Assembly (NCBI GenBank): GCA_027039975.1
Contig: JALWFE010000096.1
Coordinates: 14,788-78,787, forward strand
DNA: 64,000 nt
Direction: 5' to 3'
Origin: Flavobacteriales bacterium
GTDB lineage: Bacteria > Bacteroidota > Bacteroidia > Flavobacteriales > Flavobacteriaceae
The notes beneath the pieces were generated by a model, which worked only from the letters and a program-made list of their open reading frames with translations, searched no databases and was not told the origin of the DNA. Shown in pieces: positions 56,731-64,000 of the stretch. Every line of letters starts with the position of its first letter. Position 1 is the first letter of the stretch. A program made the translations under genes and the position numbers.

Positions 56731-56758
56731 CAAAATTTAAAATGGATAAAAAGATTTT

Positions 56759-56776
56759 ACCGTAAAAGTTTACGGA
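56759..56776 (-). terminator. possible terminator downstream of the wzc-like gene
   Basis: accgtaaa-ag-tttacgg hairpin, followed on the minus strand by a T-rich stretch. Weak. Confidence 0.3.
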
Positions 56777-56812
56777 TAAATTTAATTGCCGTTTTCTAAA
56801 AGTGTAGGATTT

Positions 56813-59275
56813 TTATACCTTTTTTCCGGTTAATTTTTTCAATAGTTTTTGCCACCGGGATTGACGTTTTTTATCGAAATAATCCCCGTATCCGTAACCA
56901 TAACCGTAGCCATAACCGTATTTATGGCCGTAAACATATTTTTTGAAGGCGGTTACTTTAAAATCATTATAGATAATACCGATATTTTTTATTTGTTTTT
57001 TCTTGTGTTTTTCATCGATATTTTTGACTAATGATTTCAAGGTATAATCTTCTCTTACGATAAAAATAGCTATTTCTGCATATTTTTGCAGTTCCATAGC
57101 GTCGGAGACCAAACCTATTGGCGGTGTGTCAATGATAATTTGGTCGTATCTTTTGGATAATTCTTCAAACAATTTGGCGGTTTGCTCGTTTAAAATTAAC
57201 TCCGAAGGATTGGGAGGTGTTTTGCCCGAGAGTATTAAATCCAAATTTTCAATACCGGTAGGAATTATAATTTCGTCCACACCTGCCATACCGCTGAGGT
57301 AGTGCGATAAACCGGTATGTTCTTCTTTTGCTTCGTCAAAATATTCTTTAAGTTTGGGTTTTCTTAAATCAAATTCCAATAATACGGTTTTCTTTTTACT
57401 GATAGCTTGTGCAATGGCTAAATTGGATGACACAAAAGTTTTACCTTCACCTGAAATACTGGAAGTAATTAAAATGGTATGTGAATGATTGCGGGCAGGA
57501 AACATAAACCGTAACGCCGAACGTATGGACCGGAATGATTCGGTAACAATATCATTGGGATATTGTAGAACTGGTAAGTTGCCTTTTTTGTCAAAATGAT
57601 ATACTTGTCCGATAATAGGGGTATTTGTCAAATTTTCGACATCGGAAATATCGTGAACTTTATTGTCTAAAAAGAAAAGGACGGTGAATATGACTGCCGG
57701 AAGTAATAATCCGATAGCAAAGGCAACCAAAAAATTTATTTTTCTGTTAGGAGCAACAGGATCTTGTCCTACATCTTTGGCTTGGTCTATAATTTTCAAA
57801 TCGGAAACATTGGATGCTTTGACAATTCCGGCTTCATTGCGTTTTTGCAATAAAGTATTAAAAATTTCTTGTTTTAAATCATATTTACGTTTGAGTCCTA
57901 GTAAAATTTGTTTTTCTTCGGGTAATTTGTTGATTTGAGCATCGATTTTACTAATTTTTTTATCGATTAAAGTCATTTCTTGATCGAGTGTATGAAGTGC
58001 AGAATGAACGGTTTGCAATAATGATTGCCGTAAGGATTCTATCTCTAAATCTATTTCTTTGATAACAGGTGCGCCGGGCTGAAAGCGGGTTAATTCGTTT
58101 TTTCTTTTGATAGCCAATTGCGTAATTTTCGCCACTTTTTCTATAATTGTCGGATCATCTATTCCTACTACCGTAGGAGCGGGAATATTTTCGTAGTTTG
58201 TTTTATTGTTTAGGTAATCGAGCAATTGTTCATAATACAATTTTTTCAAGGTAATACCGCTTTTGGTTTGATCCAAAGCGGATATTTTTTCAAACAGTTT
58301 GGTTGTAGGATCATCTAGGTTTAAAATAGTACGGTTTCTGATAAAATCTCTTAATTCACTGGCTGCGGCTGATAAGTCTTTTTGAATATATTGTAAAGTG
58401 GAATCGATAAATTTTATGGTATTTAAGGCATATTTGTTTTTGTCGTCTAATATTTGTTGTTGTAATAATTTGGTAGTGGTATTGAGATAATCGGCTATTT
58501 CCTCTTTGTTATGCCCCCTTAATTTTAAAATCAGAATAGAGGAATTTTTATCTTTATTTTTGACTTCCAACCGGTTTTTCATGTCGGATACTACGAGATT
58601 GAAATCATTTAGTGTCAAAACATAAACATCAGAATTACTGTAATTTATATCAGTATTTCGTAAAAAAGTTCCTGATAAAAATCCCAAATCAACCGGTTCT
58701 CCGAAATTAAAAGTTTTGCTAACCGGATGTACAGGTATCTGTTTTGATTTTTTTTCTTGGTATTGAAATAATGTTGCTTGTTCGTTTTCGGGTTTAAAAT
58801 CGAGTTGAAATTGCCGGTCGTTTAATATTTTTATTTCAAAGGGTACATTGATAGCTTGCCAAGCGGAATTGTCAGGTTTAAAAATAAAAGGGCTGTTTTT
58901 ATAAATGTCTATCAAATAATATTTTCCTTTTTTTCTATAAGTAATATAACTTTTTAATTTTTCAACAACTTTTTCATTATGAGTACGAGATTTAAAGGTT
59001 GTCATAACCAAATTTACTTTGTCGCTAACCCCCCCCCAGTTAAAGACCAGACTCATATTGGAAGTAAAAAAAGGATTGTTTTCGTCTTTAATAGTTACAT
59101 AACTATCCAACTCATAAATATTTTGCATGTGCAAATTGATATAATAAGCAATCCCGAGAGCAATTAATATAGTAGCGACAAACCATTTCCATTTCGCCAA
59201 TAATCTTAACAATAATTGTTTAAAATCAAAAGAAAGTTCTTCACTATCAAAAGAAAATTGATTGTCGGTATTCAT
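56813..59275 (-). CDS. polysaccharide co-polymerase / BY-family tyrosine autokinase (Wzc/GumC-like)
   Basis: N-terminal Wzz-like domain with two TM segments, a coiled periplasmic region, a C-terminal P-loop kinase (SSISGEGKT Walker A, IIIDTPP Walker B) and a Tyr-rich tail YGHKYGYGYGYGYGYGDY. Confidence 0.9.
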   Translation of the reverse strand: MNTDNQFSFDSEELSFDFKQLLLRLLAKWKWFVATILIALGIAYYINLHMQNIYELDSYVTIKDENNPFFTSNMSLVFNWGGVSDKVNLVMTTFKSRTHNEKVVEKLKSYITYRKKGKYYLIDIYKNSPFIFKPDNSAWQAINVPFEIKILNDRQFQLDFKPENEQATLFQYQEKKSKQIPVHPVSKTFNFGEPVDLGFLSGTFLRNTDINYSNSDVYVLTLNDFNLVVSDMKNRLEVKNKDKNSSILILKLRGHNKEEIADYLNTTTKLLQQQILDDKNKYALNTIKFIDSTLQYIQKDLSAAASELRDFIRNRTILNLDDPTTKLFEKISALDQTKSGITLKKLYYEQLLDYLNNKTNYENIPAPTVVGIDDPTIIEKVAKITQLAIKRKNELTRFQPGAPVIKEIDLEIESLRQSLLQTVHSALHTLDQEMTLIDKKISKIDAQINKLPEEKQILLGLKRKYDLKQEIFNTLLQKRNEAGIVKASNVSDLKIIDQAKDVGQDPVAPNRKINFLVAFAIGLLLPAVIFTVLFFLDNKVHDISDVENLTNTPIIGQVYHFDKKGNLPVLQYPNDIVTESFRSIRSALRFMFPARNHSHTILITSSISGEGKTFVSSNLAIAQAISKKKTVLLEFDLRKPKLKEYFDEAKEEHTGLSHYLSGMAGVDEIIIPTGIENLDLILSGKTPPNPSELILNEQTAKLFEELSKRYDQIIIDTPPIGLVSDAMELQKYAEIAIFIVREDYTLKSLVKNIDEKHKKKQIKNIGIIYNDFKVTAFKKYVYGHKYGYGYGYGYGYGDYFDKKRQSRWQKLLKKLTGKKV

Positions 59276-59281
59276 AAAAAA

Positions 59282-60067
59282 TTATTTTACGTATTTACTT
59301 AATAGTATAATGGTGGTAATCAATGATAAAGCTGAAATTGTAGCGGAGATACTTTGTTGTAAAGTAGCTCCGGTTCCCAATGTTTTTTGACGTAAGGGTG
59401 GTACATAAACAACATCATTGGGGCGTATATAAAAATATGGAGAATTTATAATGTTACTGTCGGTTAAGTCCAAAGTTTGTTTAACCAATTTATTTTCTTC
59501 ACGCCTGATAACCACTACGGATTTCCGGTTCCCTACCAAAGAAATATCCGAAGCGTTACCTAAAATGTCAAACAAATCGGGACGTTCTTTGTACAAAACA
59601 CCCGAACCGGGGTTTTTAACTTCACCTAAAACCGTAAAAGGAATGCCTGCCAGTTTGATTTTTATATAAATATCGTCTAAACTTCTGAATTGTGTTGCCA
59701 AAAGTTTTTTCTTTATGATATTTTTAACTTCTTTAAAAGTCTTACCTTCAACATAAATTTTATTTATTACCGGTAATTCGATATAACCTTGATTATCAAC
59801 AGTATATCCTTCCAAATATAAAGTGCTTTGAGAATTATTGTTGTTAGTGGCGGCATTGTTCTGCATCTTAAAAAGACGTTCAATGGTTTCGTTACCGGAT
59901 TTTAAACTAACATACAGGATATCATTTTTTTGAATTTTATAGGCGGTCGTATCAATTTTGTTGTCCGGTAATTTATCCTGAACGTATATTATATTTTTAT
60001 AAGGTACGCATGAACTTACAAAAAACATTAAGAGAATTCCTATGACAAAAACGGAATACTTTTTCAT
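59282..60067 (-). CDS. polysaccharide export protein (Wza-like; Poly_export plus SLBB)
   Basis: Lipoprotein-like signal (FVSSC), YKIQKNDILYVSL Poly_export motif and an SLBB-like segment (FTVLGEVKNPG). Confidence 0.88.
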   Translation of the reverse strand: MKKYSVFVIGILLMFFVSSCVPYKNIIYVQDKLPDNKIDTTAYKIQKNDILYVSLKSGNETIERLFKMQNNAATNNNNSQSTLYLEGYTVDNQGYIELPVINKIYVEGKTFKEVKNIIKKKLLATQFRSLDDIYIKIKLAGIPFTVLGEVKNPGSGVLYKERPDLFDILGNASDISLVGNRKSVVVIRREENKLVKQTLDLTDSNIINSPYFYIRPNDVVYVPPLRQKTLGTGATLQQSISATISALSLITTIILLSKYVK

Positions 60068-60146
60068 AGATGTGATATTACAGTTTACTTTTAATGATGA
60101 AAATTGAATTACAAATATAAAACAAATTATTATAGAACAAATTATT

Positions 60147-61319
60147 TTACTTTAATTTGTCTAAATCCGGATACAAAAAATCATTGTAAGGAAACCTTTT
60201 AATATGAATTTTTCTAACTTCATTATATAATGTATCTTTTAATATATCAATATTGATTTTGTTTACTGCCGAAATAAAAACAACCGGATTCCCGGTTTTT
60301 GCCAACCAGGTTTTTTGTAAAATTTTGAGTTTATTTTCCGGTGTTTGAGGCAATAAATCAATTTTGCTGAATACGATAATTGACGGTTTGTCAGCGGCAT
60401 TTATTTCCGATAAGATTTGTTGAACGGTTTGTATATGTTCTTCAAAATTCGGATGTGAGATGTCCACTACATGAAGCAGTAAATCCGCTTCCGTAACTTC
60501 ATTTAAAGTCGATTTAAAAGATTCAATCAATTGGGTAGGTAGTTTGCGGATAAAACCGACTGTGTCGGTCAGTAGAAACGGGATATTGTGAACAACTATT
60601 TTTCTGACGGTAGTATCCAAAGTGGCAAAAAGTTTGTTTTCGGCAAAAACATCCGATTTACTCAGCAGATTCATCAAGGTGCTTTTGCCGACATTGGTAT
60701 AGCCAACCAGTGCTACTCTAACCATTTTGCCGCGGTTGCCTCGTTGGGTTGCCATTTGTTTATCGATAGCTTTCAGTTTCTTTTTAAGTAAAGCTATTTT
60801 ATCACGAACAATACGGCGGTCGGTTTCAATTTCCGTTTCTCCCGGTCCCCGCATCCCGATACCACCGCGTTGCCGTTCCAAGTGTGTCCACATACCGGCA
60901 AGCCGGGGTAACAAATATTGATATTGCGCCAATTCCACTTGTGTACGGGCGTAAGATGTCTGTGCCCGTTGAGCAAAAATGTCTAATATCAAACGCGTGC
61001 GGTCAATAATTTTTACTTGTAAAAATTTTTCCAAATTTTTTTGTTGTGCAGGAGTCAATTCGTCGTCAAAAATGACGCTGTCAATCTTATTTTCTTCGAT
61101 ATAATGTTTTATTTCCTGCAATTTACCCGAACCTAAAAATGTTTTAGGGTTAGGTTTGTTAAGTTTTTGGATAAAAGTTTTCAATACGGTTGCTCCGGCT
61201 GTTTCTGCCAAAAATGCCAATTCTTTTAAATATTCATTGACTTTTTCGCTTGAATTATATTGATTTACAACCCCTATCAGTATAACTTTTTCGTAAATTT
61301 TTCCTTTTTTTTCAAGCAT
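60147..61319 (-). CDS. hflX: GTPase HflX
   Basis: HflX N-terminal domain plus G-domain motifs GYTNVGKST, DTVGF and SKID (NKxD-type). Confidence 0.93.
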   Translation of the reverse strand: MLEKKGKIYEKVILIGVVNQYNSSEKVNEYLKELAFLAETAGATVLKTFIQKLNKPNPKTFLGSGKLQEIKHYIEENKIDSVIFDDELTPAQQKNLEKFLQVKIIDRTRLILDIFAQRAQTSYARTQVELAQYQYLLPRLAGMWTHLERQRGGIGMRGPGETEIETDRRIVRDKIALLKKKLKAIDKQMATQRGNRGKMVRVALVGYTNVGKSTLMNLLSKSDVFAENKLFATLDTTVRKIVVHNIPFLLTDTVGFIRKLPTQLIESFKSTLNEVTEADLLLHVVDISHPNFEEHIQTVQQILSEINAADKPSIIVFSKIDLLPQTPENKLKILQKTWLAKTGNPVVFISAVNKINIDILKDTLYNEVRKIHIKRFPYNDFLYPDLDKLK

Positions 61320-61377
61320 TTTTCTTTTATTTGATAAATAAATTCATTTAATGTAACTATTTGCCAAATTTTTTTTT

Positions 61378-61385
61378 TATTTTTG
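61378..61385 (+). promoter_or_regulatory. -7 box (TAnnTTTG) upstream of the T9SS cargo gene, abutting a T10 tract
   Basis: TATTTTTG, 26 nt upstream of the ATG at 61411. T10 run at 61369-61378. Confidence 0.35.
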
Positions 61386-61410
61386 TCATAATTATTAAAA
61401 TAACAAAGTT

Positions 61411-62952
61411 ATGAAAAGAAACAATTACTTTATAATGCTTGTGCTGTTATTTGTTTTCTTAACAACAAATATAAAGGCGCAACATGTTGATGCCGGCCCG
61501 GATCAAACTCTATGTAACGGTGAAACCCAAGTAACCTTACATGGAGAATTCACTACTGTTATGACGGGACGTTATCATGTCGAATCCATTCCTTTTAATT
61601 GGATTCCTATTGATAACACCGCACAAGATGTAATGATTACAGAATCTGGAACAACAATACCTTTGAGAATTGATGACAGATACAGTGATGTCATTGATTT
61701 ACCGTTTTCCATCAATTTTTATGGAAACACTTATGACAAAATAGTTGTCGGTTCAAACGGGGACATTGTTTTTGAACCCGGTATTGCTACACAGTATGAT
61801 GCTTGGAGTATTGATCCTTCCGAACTGATACCTAATCATACACTTCCATATTGGGATTCTTTTTCAAGCGTATCATATCCTTCTGTAATGGGAGCTTACC
61901 ATGACATAGATATAAGTGTTCCTTACCCCTCAGAAGAACTTAAATATATGACTATTGGAACGGCTCCTAACCGCAAATTTGTTGTGATATATGAAGATAT
62001 TCCGCAATTCAGTTGTAATAATTTATTAACATCCCAGGAAATTATTTTTAATGAAAGTGATGGTTCTATTGAGGTTCACATAAAAAACAAACCGATTTGT
62101 GCTACATGGAATGACGGATTGGCAGTATTGGGTATTCAAAATGAAGAATTATTACCGAATACCTGTGGTAATTATCCCGGTGATGCCAGCAATATTTTCT
62201 TACAGGACAGAAATACGGGTGCTTGGGAAATAGTTCTTCCGGAAGCTTATAAATTTGTTCCCGACCCGGCTCCGAGATTCAAATGGTATGATGATAATAA
62301 TAACCTTGTCGGTTCAGGTCCCGATATAACGGTTCCTATCAGTCAAACAACCACATATACGCTTGAAGTACTTTATGAAGATTGTCATGGGGTTATTTTT
62401 AGTGAATATGACGATGTAACCGTAACTATTTTGCCGGGTCCCGATGTTTCCAATTTGCCTCAAACCGAGAAAATTTGTATAGGTGATTCAAAACCTTTGG
62501 ATGGCACCGTTCAAAATGCTTCGGATTATACAAGTGTTTCATACCAATGGGTTGATGAAAACGGTACTGTTGTTGGTACAGAACCTGTTTATAATGTTAG
62601 TGCTCCCGGTACTTATACGCTTAACGTTACATTAAACGGAAGTTGTGTGACCAGCTTTGACGTTGTAGTTACAACATATCCGTTTGAATGCCGTGTTCCC
62701 GAAGCTATTTCTCCAAACGGTGACGGTAAAAACGACCAATGGTTTTTAGATTATTTGGATGAACGAACGGGAATAGATAAAGTGGAAATCTTTGACCGTC
62801 GTGGTGTTTTGGTTTATGAAAAATCAAACTATGTAAACGAATTTGTCGGTAAAAATAATGATGGTGAAGATTTGCCTTCTGCAACATATTTTTATGTTAT
62901 AAAATTAAAAGACGGTAAAAAATTATCCGGTTGGTTATATATTTCAAGATAA
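61411..62952 (+). CDS. T9SS type-B sorting-domain (gliding motility-associated C-terminal domain) secreted protein
   Basis: Signal peptide. C-terminal ~90 aa (PEAISPNGDGKNDQWF...VEIFDRRGVLVYE...ATYFYVIKL...GWLYISR) match the CHU_C / type-B CTD. Confidence 0.88.
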   Translation: MKRNNYFIMLVLLFVFLTTNIKAQHVDAGPDQTLCNGETQVTLHGEFTTVMTGRYHVESIPFNWIPIDNTAQDVMITESGTTIPLRIDDRYSDVIDLPFSINFYGNTYDKIVVGSNGDIVFEPGIATQYDAWSIDPSELIPNHTLPYWDSFSSVSYPSVMGAYHDIDISVPYPSEELKYMTIGTAPNRKFVVIYEDIPQFSCNNLLTSQEIIFNESDGSIEVHIKNKPICATWNDGLAVLGIQNEELLPNTCGNYPGDASNIFLQDRNTGAWEIVLPEAYKFVPDPAPRFKWYDDNNNLVGSGPDITVPISQTTTYTLEVLYEDCHGVIFSEYDDVTVTILPGPDVSNLPQTEKICIGDSKPLDGTVQNASDYTSVSYQWVDENGTVVGTEPVYNVSAPGTYTLNVTLNGSCVTSFDVVVTTYPFECRVPEAISPNGDGKNDQWFLDYLDERTGIDKVEIFDRRGVLVYEKSNYVNEFVGKNNDGEDLPSATYFYVIKLKDGKKLSGWLYISR

Positions 62953-62965
62953 AAAATAATTGATT

Positions 62966-63877
62966 ATGAAAAAAATAATATTACTTATTGTTGGATTAAT
63001 TTTCCTATCGATAGGAACTATCCACGCACAACAGTTGCCACATTATACACAATATATGTATAATATGAATATATTGAATCCGGCTTATGCCGGTTCAAGA
63101 GGACCGGAAGTTATTTCTTTCGGAACACTTTACCGTAACCAATGGTATGATGCACCCGGCAATCCAAAAACCTTAACAGCTAATGTACATGGTGCATTCA
63201 ATTTAACTAATGGTGCAGGTTTGTCATTTATCAGTGACCAATCCGGACCGGTCAAACAAAGTTTGATCACTGCCGATTATTCACATACGCTACATTTTAA
63301 AAAGTCTCATCTGGCTTTCGGATTAAAAGCAGGGGTTAATTTGTTTAATGTGGATAATAATTATTATATTGTACACCCTAACGACCCTGTTTTGTCCAAT
63401 ACGCTGAGTGATAGCCGTTTGAATATTGGAGCAGGATTATTCTATTACGGAGATAATTATTATATTTCAATATCCGCACCAAATTTCTTAGCCAGTAAAT
63501 ATAATGGCGGTAACGGTTACAGTGCCAAAGATGAGACTCACTTGTTTATAGCCGGAGGTTATGTGTTTAATTTCGGTAAAACATTCAAATTAAAACCGCA
63601 TTTCTTATTGTATAATAATGTCAGTCAAAAGATGCAAGCAGATTTGAATTTGAACTTTTTATTCTTTGAAAGATTCGAATTCGGCACATCATACCGTATA
63701 GATGATTCGGTTAATTTCTTATTCAATATCCGTTTGTTTAATAGTTTGCGATTAGGTTATGCTTATGATGTGCATGTTTCGGACATTTCCTTTTACAGTC
63801 CTATTTCCCACGAATTTTTCTTAAACTATGATTGGTCATACGGTAAAAAAGTTATGTTATCACCCAGATACTTCTAA
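62966..63877 (+). CDS. type IX secretion system membrane protein PorP/SprF family
   Basis: Signal peptide then QQLPHYTQYMYNMNILNPAYAG, the hallmark PorP/SprF N-terminus. Beta-barrel-like remainder. ATG at 62966. Confidence 0.9.
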   Translation: MKKIILLIVGLIFLSIGTIHAQQLPHYTQYMYNMNILNPAYAGSRGPEVISFGTLYRNQWYDAPGNPKTLTANVHGAFNLTNGAGLSFISDQSGPVKQSLITADYSHTLHFKKSHLAFGLKAGVNLFNVDNNYYIVHPNDPVLSNTLSDSRLNIGAGLFYYGDNYYISISAPNFLASKYNGGNGYSAKDETHLFIAGGYVFNFGKTFKLKPHFLLYNNVSQKMQADLNLNFLFFERFEFGTSYRIDDSVNFLFNIRLFNSLRLGYAYDVHVSDISFYSPISHEFFLNYDWSYGKKVMLSPRYF

Positions 63878-63882
63878 AAATT

Positions 63883-64000
63883 ATGATTATGAAAAAATTA
63901 TATATACTTATTATATTGTTAACAATTGGACTAAATGCCGTTATGGCACAAAGTACACTTGTTAAAAAAGCAGACAAATATTACAGTCGTTTACAATATG
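63883..64000 (+). CDS. secreted protein, 3' end outside the window (probably the OmpA-family partner usually found after PorP/SprF)
   Basis: MIMKKLYILIILLTIGLNAVMAQSTLVKKADKYYSRLQY... is open to the window edge. Identity is inferred only from position and the ADKYY..L.Y start. Confidence 0.45.
   Translation, partial: MIMKKLYILIILLTIGLNAVMAQSTLVKKADKYYSRLQY

Noticed and set aside
1-64000. Search for rRNA, tmRNA, RNase P RNA, riboswitches, CRISPR, integrases, transposases, and RM, TA or known defence genes.
   Set aside because: I found no conserved signature strings (for example the RNase P GAGGAAAGTCC motif or the tmRNA GGGGCTGA start) and no protein motifs for these classes. Absence cannot be proven without covariance-model or HMM searches.

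Overview
Low-GC (roughly mid-30s %) chromosomal segment that looks like Bacteroidota, class Flavobacteriia. Support: GldD- and GldE-like genes, a SprE/PorW-like lipoprotein, a T9SS type-B C-terminal-domain cargo gene followed by PorP/SprF, TAnnTTTG promoter boxes, no Shine-Dalgarno usage, and a mevalonate-pathway decarboxylase. I call about 60 credible CDS and one tRNA-Asp. Most genes are housekeeping: cysS, asnS, folE, rplU-rpmA, gpsA, tadA, holB, acpP-fabF-rnc, recJ, hflX, dprA. Three separate cell-surface polysaccharide blocks are also present: rfbCD plus a PCP-like gene; a WbaP-like gene, ugd and a GT2; and wza/wzc-like genes. I found no rRNA, CRISPR array, integrase, transposase, restriction-modification, toxin-antitoxin or phage genes, so this is not a classical mobile or defence island. 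Four things are not explained by ordinary annotation. (1) A modular family of non-coding repeats fills six intergenic loci. It combines 7-8-nt word arrays such as TGAGGAAN and TGATGAAN, GC-rich hairpin modules, an ~88-nt tandem unit flanking cysS, and a ~57-nt core with compensatory arm changes. One locus carries a four-helix-bundle (23S rRNA IVS / Avd-like) gene, and several loci abut or supply stop codons. (2) A G9 homopolymer sits inside the Wzc-like tyrosine-kinase gene, and a slip of one base in either direction gives an immediate stop. (3) An uncharacterised ~560-aa protein with a PNP/AMP-nucleosidase-like C-terminal domain is tightly coupled to a Wzz/PCP-like membrane protein and rfbC-rfbD. 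(4) Ribosomal protein L21 is fused to a Lys-rich, helix-hairpin-helix tail. All calls rest on reading the sequence and recalled family motifs; no database search was possible. Product names are hypotheses of varying strength, and coordinates of non-coding elements are approximate to a few bases.
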